NCBI GenBank assembly: GCA_023898585.1
Contig: CP060229.1
Coordinates: 139,388-203,387 of the forward strand
Reading direction: 5' to 3'
Source: Candidatus Nomurabacteria bacterium
GTDB taxonomy: Bacteria > Patescibacteriota > Minisyncoccia > Phycocordibacterales > UBA918
DNA length: 64,000 nucleotides
Shown here: piece by piece, positions 27,479 to 37,005 of the stretch
Layout of the letters: each line of letters begins with the position of its first letter
How positions within the stretch are numbered: position 1 is the stretch's first letter
Notes under the pieces: model-generated
The model's database searches: none
Told to the model about the DNA's origin: nothing
What the model saw: only the letters and a program-made list of their open reading frames with translations
Program-made: the position numbers and the translations under genes

Positions 27479-29791
27479 ATGAAAACCGTTAGAATGAATC
27501 TTTCAGATAGTCTTTCTGCACATTTCCGTATCGACACCGCTCACGCCAAAGCTCTTAAACGACTCGGTATTGAGACAGTCTCTGATCTTCTTTACCACCT
27601 ACCGGCTCGCTATGAGGATATTTCTGATGTGCAGTCAGTCGGCGGGCTGAAAAAAGGTCAGGAAGCAGTGGTGTACGGACAACTATCCGGACTCAACACC
27701 CGTAAAGCTTGGAAGAGCAAGAGACCGATCGCTGAGGGTTACATCGAAGACGGTTCAGCCAAAATGAAGATCATGTGGTTCAACCAGCCTTACATTGCCA
27801 AGATGTACACTGACGGCATGTATGTAAAGCTAGCGGGCAAAGTAGCCGGCAGTGGAGGTAAGTTGTATCTGTCGAATCCTGAAATGGAACCACTCGACTC
27901 CCTGCCGATCGATCGTCATGACAGTATATTCGCGGGAACAGAACAGACAGACGATACTCTTTATCCTATCTACCGCGAAACCAAGGGCGTTACCAGCAAG
28001 TGGTTTTATCACACTGTTTTGAAATGTTTTGAACAACACGTTCTCGACACCCTGATTGATCCGATTCCTTCAGAGATTCTCAGGAAATACAATCTGCCGG
28101 AATTGAAAACCGCGCTCATATGGATTCATTCACCCAGGAAGGCTAAAGACGCCGAATCTGCTCGAAAACGCTTTGCTTTTGAGGAGGTGTTCTATATTCA
28201 AGTGCAAAAAGCACAGGAACGGGCGGCGGTGAGCGTAGCGCAGACTTATACCGTCAAAACCAGTAAAAAACACTTGTCCGAATTCACCAAGCGTTTCCCT
28301 TTCAAGCTCACCGCCGCCCAGAATTCTGCCATCGACTCTATCCTCTCCGACTTCTCTGGCAACCACGCCATGTCACGCCTCTTAGAGGGAGATGTGGGAA
28401 GTGGCAAGACCGCCGTCGCTGCAACGACTGCCTACGCTGTCGCCACTTCTCGCCCACCAGAGGGATTAAAAAATGTTAGCGCTGATAATTTTGAGGACAA
28501 TTCCAGGCGTGGAGAAAGTGACGAGGAAGACGTACAAGAGTACGATGACCGAGGCACAGAGGCTCCACAACGAAGAAGTGTCCCAAAATTATCAGCGCTA
28601 GAATATGGGAATCTGCAGGTTGCCTACATGGCTCCGACTGAGATATTAGCCAAACAACACTTCGAAAGTTTTATTGAATACTTTCAGCATCTTCCGGTCC
28701 AGGTTGGCCTTATTACCGGAAGCGGTTGTATGAAATTTCCTTCCAAAACAGACCCCACCAAACCAACCAAAATTTCCAAAGCGCAGTTACTAAAATGGGT
28801 TAAAAGTGGTGAGATTCCAATTCTGATTGGCACCCACGCGCTTATTTACAAGAGCGTTGAGTTTAAACATCTAGCCTACGTAATTATTGACGAACAACAT
28901 CGCTTTGGCACCAACCAACGCAAACAGCTCGCCAAGAAAGACGCACGAATGCCACACTTACTGTCTATGACAGCTACTCCAATCCCTCGCACTCTTGCGC
29001 TCACAATTTACGGTGATTTAGATATTACTTTGCTCGATGAGATGCCGGCCGGCCGGAAGCCGGTCATCACCAAAATTGTCGGACCTAGCCAGAGCAAAGA
29101 AATGTACGACCATGTAAAAAGCGAACTCGAAGCCGACCGGCAAGCCTACGTCATCTGCCCACGCATTGACGAACCTGACCCCGATCAGGAACGAACTATC
29201 AATATGAAAAGTGTTATCGCTGAAGCCAAGCGACTGAAGAAAGATGTTTTTCAACAATGGAAGATTGAGCCTCTGCACGGCAAGATGACTCCAGCTGAAA
29301 AAGAAAAGATTATGAATGATTTTAATAATCATAAGATAGATATTCTGGTAGCTACCAGCGTGGTTGAAGTGGGGGTAAATGTTCCGAATGCCACCAACAT
29401 TATTATTGAAGGTGCTGAGCGCTTTGGCTTGGCCCAATTGCATCAACTGCGCGGTAGGGTCATTCGCGGCACCCATCAGCCATATTGTTTTGCGGTCACC
29501 GAAAGCAAAAGCGAAAAAACCCGCGACCGCCTCAAGGCGCTCGCGACTGCCAAAAACGGTTTCGAGCTGTCTGAACACGACCTGCAATTCCGAGGCTCCG
29601 GCGAACTCTACGGCGGCAAGCAAAGCGGCCTCTCCGATCTCGGCATGGAGGCCATCCGCAATCTTAAACTAGTCGAAGCTGCCCGCAATGAAGCCAAGCA
29701 CTTGGTCGAGAATCACCCCGACTTTGAGAAAGGCTTTCCTCTCATTGCCAAGAAAGTCGCTCGATTGGGAGAGGTGCTACATATGGAGTAG
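27479..29791 (+). CDS. recG: ATP-dependent DNA helicase RecG
   Basis: 770 aa. N-terminal wedge/OB region, then GDVGSGKT, DEQHRFG, SMTATPIPRTLAL and the RecG-specific C-terminal helicase motifs (LHGKM...ILVATSVVEVGVNVPNAT...QLRGRV). Confidence 0.9.
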   Translation: MKTVRMNLSDSLSAHFRIDTAHAKALKRLGIETVSDLLYHLPARYEDISDVQSVGGLKKGQEAVVYGQLSGLNTRKAWKSKRPIAEGYIEDGSAKMKIMWFNQPYIAKMYTDGMYVKLAGKVAGSGGKLYLSNPEMEPLDSLPIDRHDSIFAGTEQTDDTLYPIYRETKGVTSKWFYHTVLKCFEQHVLDTLIDPIPSEILRKYNLPELKTALIWIHSPRKAKDAESARKRFAFEEVFYIQVQKAQERAAVSVAQTYTVKTSKKHLSEFTKRFPFKLTAAQNSAIDSILSDFSGNHAMSRLLEGDVGSGKTAVAATTAYAVATSRPPEGLKNVSADNFEDNSRRGESDEEDVQEYDDRGTEAPQRRSVPKLSALEYGNLQVAYMAPTEILAKQHFESFIEYFQHLPVQVGLITGSGCMKFPSKTDPTKPTKISKAQLLKWVKSGEIPILIGTHALIYKSVEFKHLAYVIIDEQHRFGTNQRKQLAKKDARMPHLLSMTATPIPRTLALTIYGDLDITLLDEMPAGRKPVITKIVGPSQSKEMYDHVKSELEADRQAYVICPRIDEPDPDQERTINMKSVIAEAKRLKKDVFQQWKIEPLHGKMTPAEKEKIMNDFNNHKIDILVATSVVEVGVNVPNATNIIIEGAERFGLAQLHQLRGRVIRGTHQPYCFAVTESKSEKTRDRLKALATAKNGFELSEHDLQFRGSGELYGGKQSGLSDLGMEAIRNLKLVEAARNEAKHLVENHPDFEKGFPLIAKKVARLGEVLHME

Positions 29792-30081
29792 TTAAATCAA
29801 GTTGTTTTCATTTAAAAATTGAAACCACTTTTGATAACATTCTTTAGCTGACTCATAACAATCATACTTTTCTCCTTGGTATACGAAATCCCATCTATAT
29901 TGATTGCGCACCAGGCAAGCGTTTTTTCTGACACGCCGACAAAACCTACATTTCAATCTCTCCTTCCTTTGTTAGGGAGACAAAAACTGTCGGAATGTTA
30001 ATTTTTGTGTGTTGGTGTTTAATAGAACTTTCCGGATCACTCGATCCTTTCTTGGTACTTTTTTCAAAGTGTTTATGCCCA

Positions 30082-30351
30082 TTAGCAAGTTCGGCACAAA
30101 TGACAAAGCACTTTTTGTTTAGTTAGAGTATCAACTTTATCTTCATATTCACCGGAATTGTAATATTTTACCCAGTCTTTCAGATGATGGATGTTTAAAT
30201 ATGAAATGTAAACTATACCAAGCAAATCTTTATGCTCAAGATTTTTGTAGTAACCATGCTTAACAAAGAGTAATTTTTTATACCATCTTTGAACTCGTTC
30301 CCATTGCTCGAGATAATCTTTTCCTTTAAACTCTGCGTACAGACTATCCAT
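30082..30351 (-). CDS. Hypothetical small protein (89 aa)
   Basis: An ORF co-directional with and 9 nt downstream of the EEP-family gene. It ends ...LCHLCRTC. Confidence 0.3.
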   Translation of the reverse strand: MDSLYAEFKGKDYLEQWERVQRWYKKLLFVKHGYYKNLEHKDLLGIVYISYLNIHHLKDWVKYYNSGEYEDKVDTLTKQKVLCHLCRTC

Positions 30352-30359
30352 AATAGATT

Positions 30360-31100
30360 CTAAATCTCAAGCAACAACGGTGAGTGGTCGGACACTTCAT
30401 CGGGTAAAACTTGAAAATCTTTTACTTCAATTCCCTGAGAAATAAAAACGTAATCAGCAAAACCGATCGGTTTATCGTACAAAGATGTCCTGGTCGAAGT
30501 GATTTCATGCTCTGTTATCAAGTTCTTGAGTCCGAGGTCATTTTCTATCATCTGTAAACTTTGTGTGCCGGGCAATAGATTAAAGTCACCTCCCAGAACG
30601 ATATCGTGAGGAATATTTTTTATAAAATCAATAATTCTTTTCGACTGTTTGATTCTATCGTCAGAATCTGATTTACCTTCGCCATTCCATAGTCCATGAA
30701 AATTTATCATTGTTAGTGGTTTTTGATCATGAAGAATAGTCGCGTACTGAATATTCCTCCCCACTGTCGTGGCGTCTCGACCAACCATAGACTCTCTATG
30801 GTTATGTACAAAAATATCACCAATCTCATTAACCTGGATGTCTTTTTTAATAAACATAGCCAAACCCCACTCGTCAAAAACAGCTGGCGCGAAATACCCG
30901 CGATGTAGATCGAGAACATTATCAATCGCACTAAATATTTCTTTTTCTTCATCAGGCTCCCAACAAGTGACACTCGTGGCCTGATGCATTACTTCTTGGA
31001 GTAAAAATACTTCTGTTTCTCTGAGTTTTTCAAGAAAAACGAGTAGATCTTTACTCATTCTGCCTCCCCATATATTCAACACTACGATTTTCATATCCAT
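30360..31100 (-). CDS. Endonuclease/exonuclease/phosphatase (EEP, DNase I-like) family protein
   Basis: 246 aa: N-terminal VVLNIWGG, internal GDFN, C-terminal SDHSPLLLEI. Confidence 0.7.
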   Translation of the reverse strand: MDMKIVVLNIWGGRMSKDLLVFLEKLRETEVFLLQEVMHQATSVTCWEPDEEKEIFSAIDNVLDLHRGYFAPAVFDEWGLAMFIKKDIQVNEIGDIFVHNHRESMVGRDATTVGRNIQYATILHDQKPLTMINFHGLWNGEGKSDSDDRIKQSKRIIDFIKNIPHDIVLGGDFNLLPGTQSLQMIENDLGLKNLITEHEITSTRTSLYDKPIGFADYVFISQGIEVKDFQVLPDEVSDHSPLLLEI

Positions 31101-31615
31101 TACTCTTCATCACCATTCTTTTTCCGGCGGTGCCACCAATAAGCGAGAACAATGAATATAACAGTAATTATATACAGCCTGTAATCTTGGTAACTGGAAA
31201 CGGTTATTGAATCCAAGGGTCCGACGAGATCCTCGGGTGGGCCGGAAGCTTCGCTTCCGGCCCCGCCTTCCGCCATTAGATCACTAAGCTCAACCGTTTT
31301 CTTCCTTTCTAATTGGCCGGACCCTTCTCCTGACACTCTTGACACCCCTCCCTCCGAATTTAAAGTGAGAAAAGTGTCGAACTCTCCATTTCCACTTATA
31401 TCGTGAGCTTCCAACACCGCTTCATTGTTCTGATACAAAAACATAACCACTCCGTGCTCAGAAGCCACCAACTCACCACCGGAGTAATACAAAACCCCCG
31501 ATTCAACCCGCTTACTACTATCGTACAAAACGGTTTGCTCTCCAACAGTCAATTCGCCCGCCTCTGCAAAAGCCAGCATTGGAAGTAGTAGTAGTGTGAG
31601 TGTGATTTTTTTCAT
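31100..31615 (-). CDS. Hypothetical secreted protein with a signal peptide and a C-terminal TM anchor
   Basis: MKKITLTLLLLPMLAFA... and a C-terminal YRLYIITVIFIVLAYWWHRRKK. Confidence 0.4.
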   Translation of the reverse strand: MKKITLTLLLLPMLAFAEAGELTVGEQTVLYDSSKRVESGVLYYSGGELVASEHGVVMFLYQNNEAVLEAHDISGNGEFDTFLTLNSEGGVSRVSGEGSGQLERKKTVELSDLMAEGGAGSEASGPPEDLVGPLDSITVSSYQDYRLYIITVIFIVLAYWWHRRKKNGDEE

Positions 31616-31619
31616 AGAC

Positions 31620-32780
31620 TTATCCTTTGTCTTTACACTGATTTTCTAAACCGTCCTTCACTCTTTGATATTCTTTAAACTTCCACTCTTGTAGCAAGTT
31701 GTACTTATCGGTAATTCTGTTTTCTATCTCCAACAATTCAATTCGCTTGGTGGCCGATTCTGCGTAACTGACCGCCAGAGCCTCATCAATCGCCTTATTA
31801 CTTAAATGTTGCTCCTTTAGTATCGCCACTTCTTCATCGGTAATATCTGGACCACCAGCAATAGCGACTTTGATATCCTTCATGCCTTGCTTGGCTATTT
31901 CAGCCGGATTTGCCACACTTTCAATTGTCTCCAAAGTCGCGTTCCAAGCAATGGAACCAATTTTGCCGGTGGTTGATGCTGTATTAAATTGCAATGCTTT
32001 TTCGTGAGGTGGTATGTGTGCTTGAACAACCTTCATGGTCGCACCCACCCCCTCAACCACATTATCCGGGCTAAGCATTTTTTGCACCGAACCGGCCGTT
32101 CCCCTTCCCCCTTGCACAGTATTATATGTCACCCAAGCCAAACGAAAAATCGCCTTGGTGATGTTGTTGCGAAGATTCTGCACCAAGGCAGTTTTATACT
32201 CTCTCATTTCCAGACGGATCTCAGCCTCTATCGCCATATCGTATTTAATTTGATGAGCTCTCGCGACCAAATCTGCAATTTCATTTAACGTGACATTAAA
32301 CTGTTGCACTTCATAACTCACTTCGCCACCCAAACGATCGTCGAAATCCGAATATTTGATCCAGTCGTTTTTAATATTTTTCATCGCCTCTTTACATTCT
32401 TTTACTTCGGAATCAACCTTTTCAAAAGGGACACATTTTGTGCCTTCACGAATATCACCATCGGTGCACATTGTGCATGTCCAACTATCCTTATCCCAAG
32501 AGCCATCAACCCGCAGGCAGGCTTCCGCGATTTGTTGAATCTTTTTACGATTCCATTCCCTGAATTCTGTCAGCACGTGAGAATGGGCGCCTTCAGAATC
32601 GAGATTCAACTCGTTACAGTATTCGCTATGAAAAGCGCACTTGCAGTACTTAAAATCAATATCGACTCCACAGAAATCATTCTTCACATCCGGTACTTGG
32701 TAGGTTTGGATATCCTTACCTGCGTAAACATAAGGAACAAGGAGGAGAAGCATCAGCGAGAGAGAAAAGAGTATTTTCAT
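31620..32780 (-). CDS. Hypothetical secreted Cys-rich protein (signal peptide)
   Basis: 386 aa. MKILFSLSLMLLLLVPYVYA, then about 10 Cys in the first 130 residues. Confidence 0.4.
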   Translation of the reverse strand: MKILFSLSLMLLLLVPYVYAGKDIQTYQVPDVKNDFCGVDIDFKYCKCAFHSEYCNELNLDSEGAHSHVLTEFREWNRKKIQQIAEACLRVDGSWDKDSWTCTMCTDGDIREGTKCVPFEKVDSEVKECKEAMKNIKNDWIKYSDFDDRLGGEVSYEVQQFNVTLNEIADLVARAHQIKYDMAIEAEIRLEMREYKTALVQNLRNNITKAIFRLAWVTYNTVQGGRGTAGSVQKMLSPDNVVEGVGATMKVVQAHIPPHEKALQFNTASTTGKIGSIAWNATLETIESVANPAEIAKQGMKDIKVAIAGGPDITDEEVAILKEQHLSNKAIDEALAVSYAESATKRIELLEIENRITDKYNLLQEWKFKEYQRVKDGLENQCKDKG

Positions 32781-33175
32781 AGTAATGAGTATACGCTTAT
32801 CTTGTTACGGCGCAACAAAATAAAAAGACTGCGCCGATACTCCTGACGCAGTCAATAATTTGTAGAGGGGATTAGCCTCTTGAAACAGACCTTCTATCTC
32901 AATAATTCAGAAATATGAATTTGGTAAACAGACTAAACAACAGTCAAAATGAATCTGTTCCTAAGATATGCCCGAAGGCTGATCACCTCCTTTTAGAAAT
33001 TTGGGAGAGAAAGACAGAAGTTGTGTTTTGCTTTAAGCGCATGTTTATTGTACCTCCTATCTATATATAACGGACGGCAAATACCGCCCACTTATGTAAC
33101 ACCTGAAATGATGACAAATGTAAACAGGAAGAACTCTTGTTACTTACATAAAACTAACGAACGATTGTCCAAAGC

Positions 33176-33204
33176 CCTTGATTGCGTTATAGTATCAATC
33201 ACCA
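33176..33204 (+). promoter_or_regulatory. Sigma-70-like promoter for tRNA-Ile
   Basis: TTGATT - 17 nt - TATCAAT (TTGATTgcgttatagtatcaatc), ending about 5 nt before the tRNA 5' end. Confidence 0.35.
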
Positions 33205-33207
33205 AAA

Positions 33208-33280
33208 CCGTCATTAGCTCAGTTGGTAGAGCGCGGAGCTTATACCTCCGTGGTCCTTGGTTCGAGTCCAAGATGACGGA
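33208..33280 (+). tRNA. tRNA-Ile with anticodon UAU (AUA-decoding tRNA-Ile2 type)
   Basis: CCGTCATTAGCTCAGTTGGTAGAGCGCGGAGCTTATACCTCCGTGGTCCTTGGTTCGAGTCCAAGATGACGGA folds as a cloverleaf. Anticodon stem CGGAG/CTCCG, loop CTTATAC. Confidence 0.75.
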
Positions 33281-33382
33281 CAAACGAACGCGAACCGATT
33301 TACTTCACTTCATGTGAGGTGTTTTTTGCACTTCAGTTAACAAACACAAATAATCTGAGTAAACTTGGTATAATAACTTGGC

Positions 33383-34894
33383 ATGAAACAGTTCCTCGAC
33401 CACAAAGCGACTTATATCAGTATTGCAATAATAGTTATTGTTATTGTAGGCTTAATGATAAACGGCGTTAGTAATCGCGACAATGTTGAGATAACAACCA
33501 CCGTGGTAGAAAGAGGCATAGTACGAGAACTCGTTTCCGTCTCAGGAATAGCAAAAGCGGAGCAAGTGGCCAATTTGGCCTTCCCGGCGTCCGGATTAGT
33601 GCGTGAGGTTAAGGTCAAGGTGGGAGACAGTGTTCAAGCTGGAGATGTCTTGGCAACAATTGACGTCAGTTCACTCTGGGCTGATCGGAAAGACGCTCTC
33701 GGTTCTTTGGCACAAGCAAAAGCCAATCTCGACGAACTCTTAAAAGGACCTACTACCTACAGTCGAAATGTCACCGAAGAAACCCTGATTAACGCTGAGG
33801 AAGCACTCAAAACCACCAAACTCAGCGAGACACAAAAAGTCAAAAACGCTTACCGGTCTCTACTTTCATCCGGCCTCACCGCTTACTCAGAGGATATAAA
33901 GGAAGACGCCATTCCACCAACCGTCTCAGGCACCTATACTTGCGACATGGAAGGGACTTATCAGCTTGAAATTTTTAGTTCCAAAGCCGATTCGGGTTAT
34001 TCATACAGACTGACTGGTCTCGAAACCGGCACCTACTCAGTCGCAACCAATCAACCTGGTGCTCTCGGGGTTTGTGGTTTGTTAATCCTGTTTGACCCAA
34101 GCTCAAACTATAACAACTCCAAGTGGAAAATTGATGTACCAAACATACGCTCTGATTCTTACGTAATCAACAGAAACGCCTATTCCTTGGCCGTCACACA
34201 ATCAGAAACTGCAATCACTCTAGCCGAACAATCTTTAGCGCTTGCTAAGGCCAACGCTGACAATCAAAACGCACCGGCACGCAGTGAAGCGGTTCTACGA
34301 GCCAACGCGATTGTCTCTCAAGCGGAAGCCCGTCTTAATCGAGTAGACGCTACCATAGCCGATCGAACTTTAACCTCTCCTTTTTCCGGAGTCATTACCA
34401 AGGTAGATATTCTTCCCGGCGAAACCGTCACCACTATTCCTGTCATCACACTTTTGTCGAGTAATGAATTTGAAGTGATTGCTCGTGTTCCAGAAATTGA
34501 CATCGGCAAGCTATCGGTCGGACAAATTGCCTTAATGATGTTTGACGCTAAGTCCGATGAAACAATTCGGGGTGATATCAGTTTCATCTCACCTGAAGCA
34601 ACCAAGATCGATGGTGTGGCCTACTACGAAGCAACCATCCAATTCAGAGATTTGCCGGACTGGATACGAAGCGGTCTCAACACAGATGTGGAAATTATTG
34701 TGAAAGAAGAGACGGCCGGCCTTAGGGTACCCAAGAGATTTGTTACTAAAACCGAAAACGGTTATGAGGTATTGACCCGGGCTACAAAAGAAGGCGCTTG
34801 GGCATCGACCACCATTGAAGTGACACTGGAAGGTAACGACGGCTACTATGCAATTACTGGCTTAGACGAGGGTACTATCCTCGCCACTCCTTAA
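33383..34894 (+). CDS. Efflux membrane-fusion (periplasmic adaptor, HlyD/MacA-like) protein
   Basis: 503 aa. N-terminal TM anchor, a biotinyl/lipoyl-like hairpin (VKVKVGDSVQAGDVLATID ... LTSPFSGVITKVDILPGETV) and coiled-coil regions. Confidence 0.7.
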   Translation: MKQFLDHKATYISIAIIVIVIVGLMINGVSNRDNVEITTTVVERGIVRELVSVSGIAKAEQVANLAFPASGLVREVKVKVGDSVQAGDVLATIDVSSLWADRKDALGSLAQAKANLDELLKGPTTYSRNVTEETLINAEEALKTTKLSETQKVKNAYRSLLSSGLTAYSEDIKEDAIPPTVSGTYTCDMEGTYQLEIFSSKADSGYSYRLTGLETGTYSVATNQPGALGVCGLLILFDPSSNYNNSKWKIDVPNIRSDSYVINRNAYSLAVTQSETAITLAEQSLALAKANADNQNAPARSEAVLRANAIVSQAEARLNRVDATIADRTLTSPFSGVITKVDILPGETVTTIPVITLLSSNEFEVIARVPEIDIGKLSVGQIALMMFDAKSDETIRGDISFISPEATKIDGVAYYEATIQFRDLPDWIRSGLNTDVEIIVKEETAGLRVPKRFVTKTENGYEVLTRATKEGAWASTTIEVTLEGNDGYYAITGLDEGTILATP

Positions 34895-34901
34895 TTAGCC
34901 T

Positions 34902-36149
34902 ATGCGCAATCTACGTATAGGTCTCCTACTCGGCTTACGTCAGATACAAAGAGCCAACAAATGGACGACGCTCCTGATCATTTTTGTGATGATGTTCACC
35001 TTTTTAAACCTGATCGCAGTTTCTGGAATTCTGGTCGGTCTTATTACCGGCGCCGAGCGGGCAGTAAAAGCTGAAGCGCTTGGCGATCTTATTCTGACCG
35101 AGAAAGACAGTGAGGACCGCCTTCTCGATACTGAATCTATTCTTCGGGAACTGGCCACCTATCCTGAAATCGAAGCGTTCTCGGTCAGATATACCGGTGG
35201 CGGAGAATTAGAAGCTCACTACAAGGAACGAAGAAGTTTAACCGCCGAGCGTGACATCGCCCAAGTAACAGTAACCGGGGTTGACCCAATACTGGAAGAT
35301 CAAATGTCAGGACTCAGTGATACTGTGATTAAAGGTGAGTATTTAGACCCTAACGAAGAGGGTTACATTTTGATCGGCTACTACTACCTGGAGGAATTTG
35401 CGGAACAGTTTGGAGACATCTTCGACACTATTGCCAATGTGGAACCGGGAGATACAGTTAGACTCACCGTAGGGGACATTTCCAAAGAATTAATTGTGAA
35501 AGGTATTATCCAGTCGAAAGTTGATCAAGTTTCTCTCAATACCTATATTACCGAACGTGAGTTTCGCCGTCTGTTTGGTCGTCTAGATCGGAACGCAGAC
35601 CAGATTGTTATCCGCGTCAAAACCCCCGGCACAGAAGCAACATTAAAAGAAGCTTTTGTTGCCAACGGACTTGATAGGCTCGCCAAAATACAAACTTACG
35701 ATGAGGGCAAGCCTAAATTCATAACCGATATCAAAAACACTTTCAACACTTTAGGTTCTTTTATCGGCTCAATCGGTATTGTCGTTGCTTCAATCACTAT
35801 CTTCATCATTATTTTCATCAACGCCATGTCACGCCGGCAACAAATCGGTATCTTGAAAGGAATCGGAATCGAGAGACGTGTAATTGAAATCGCTTACGTT
35901 TTTCAAGCGGCGACCTACGCGCTCATCGGTTCCGGTCTCGGTGCTCTTCTCACCTACGGCTTCCTAATTGGCTACTTTGAGAAAAATCCGATTCACTTCC
36001 CTTTTAGCGACGGCATTCTGGTAGCGCCCCCGGAAGAAACCTTTATTCGTTTTCTGGTCTTGTTTGTCATCACTTTGATCGCTGGCTTTCTACCGGCCTG
36101 GATGATTGTTCGACAAAACACCCTTAATTCCATCTTGGGACGAAAGTAA
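34902..36149 (+). CDS. ABC transporter permease (FtsX/MacB-type, 4 TM)
   Basis: 415 aa. N-terminal TM, a large extracytoplasmic domain and a C-terminal FtsX-like 3-TM bundle. Confidence 0.7.
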   Translation: MRNLRIGLLLGLRQIQRANKWTTLLIIFVMMFTFLNLIAVSGILVGLITGAERAVKAEALGDLILTEKDSEDRLLDTESILRELATYPEIEAFSVRYTGGGELEAHYKERRSLTAERDIAQVTVTGVDPILEDQMSGLSDTVIKGEYLDPNEEGYILIGYYYLEEFAEQFGDIFDTIANVEPGDTVRLTVGDISKELIVKGIIQSKVDQVSLNTYITEREFRRLFGRLDRNADQIVIRVKTPGTEATLKEAFVANGLDRLAKIQTYDEGKPKFITDIKNTFNTLGSFIGSIGIVVASITIFIIIFINAMSRRQQIGILKGIGIERRVIEIAYVFQAATYALIGSGLGALLTYGFLIGYFEKNPIHFPFSDGILVAPPEETFIRFLVLFVITLIAGFLPAWMIVRQNTLNSILGRK

Positions 36150-36264
36150 AAATGAACAAACGAGCGAAGCGACTATTGTGAATTTTGTTCCGAATCTGCG
36201 CCATACCTAGCGCAGATTCCTGGGACTCTCCAATAATGTTACTGAACACTCTGGTATTATTAAA

Positions 36265-36960
36265 TTGAAAATGACAACAATCATCAACGCAACCAATATT
36301 CATAGGAAGTTCGGTGAAGGAAACCTTGTTACGCATGTTTTGAAGGGCATAGATTTCCAGGTCAAGCAAGGTGAGTTTGTAGCAATAATGGGACGATCCG
36401 GCGCCGGAAAGTCCACCCTCTTATATCAACTTTCAGTTTTAGACCAACCAACCGAAGGCTCTGTAGTTATCGATGACACAGATGTGTTGAAATTGAACGA
36501 GAAGGAACGCACATCTTTTCGTCTCAATACTCTCGGCTACATCTTTCAAAACTACGCGTTGATACCAGACTTATCAGCTGAAGAAAACGTCATGGTGCCT
36601 CTTTTAATGAAGGGTCTGACTTGGGAAGAAGCTAGAAGCAAGGCTCAGAAATCTATCGACGACGTGGGTATGTCCGGAAAGTACAACAATTTGCCGGCAG
36701 AACTATCGGGTGGCGAGCAACAGCGTATTTCAATCGCCCGTGCCATTGCCGGCAAACCGAAAATCCTTTTTGCCGATGAACCGACTGCCAATCTCGACAG
36801 CGTGTCCGGTCAACAAGTGATAGACCTAATAACAACACTTAACCGAGAAAACGGCCAAACGATAGTGATGGTCACGCACGAGAGAGAGTACGCGGTCAAC
36901 TGCCAAAGAGTCGTTCACATTGAGGACGGCAAGATCGTCGACGAGGAGAGATTGCGCTAG
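36265..36960 (+). CDS. ABC transporter ATP-binding protein (MacB/LolD-like)
   Basis: Walker A GRSGAGKST, signature LSGGEQQRISIARAI, Walker B ILFADEPT and H-loop VTHE. Confidence 0.9.
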   Translation: MKMTTIINATNIHRKFGEGNLVTHVLKGIDFQVKQGEFVAIMGRSGAGKSTLLYQLSVLDQPTEGSVVIDDTDVLKLNEKERTSFRLNTLGYIFQNYALIPDLSAEENVMVPLLMKGLTWEEARSKAQKSIDDVGMSGKYNNLPAELSGGEQQRISIARAIAGKPKILFADEPTANLDSVSGQQVIDLITTLNRENGQTIVMVTHEREYAVNCQRVVHIEDGKIVDEERLR

Positions 36961-37005
36961 CGACAAACCACTAAACTTACTTAACTCCAATGGTTTGTCA
37001 CTTTT

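Noticed and set aside
33021-33317. 98-aa ORF
   Set aside because: It completely overlaps the tRNA-Ile gene and its promoter.
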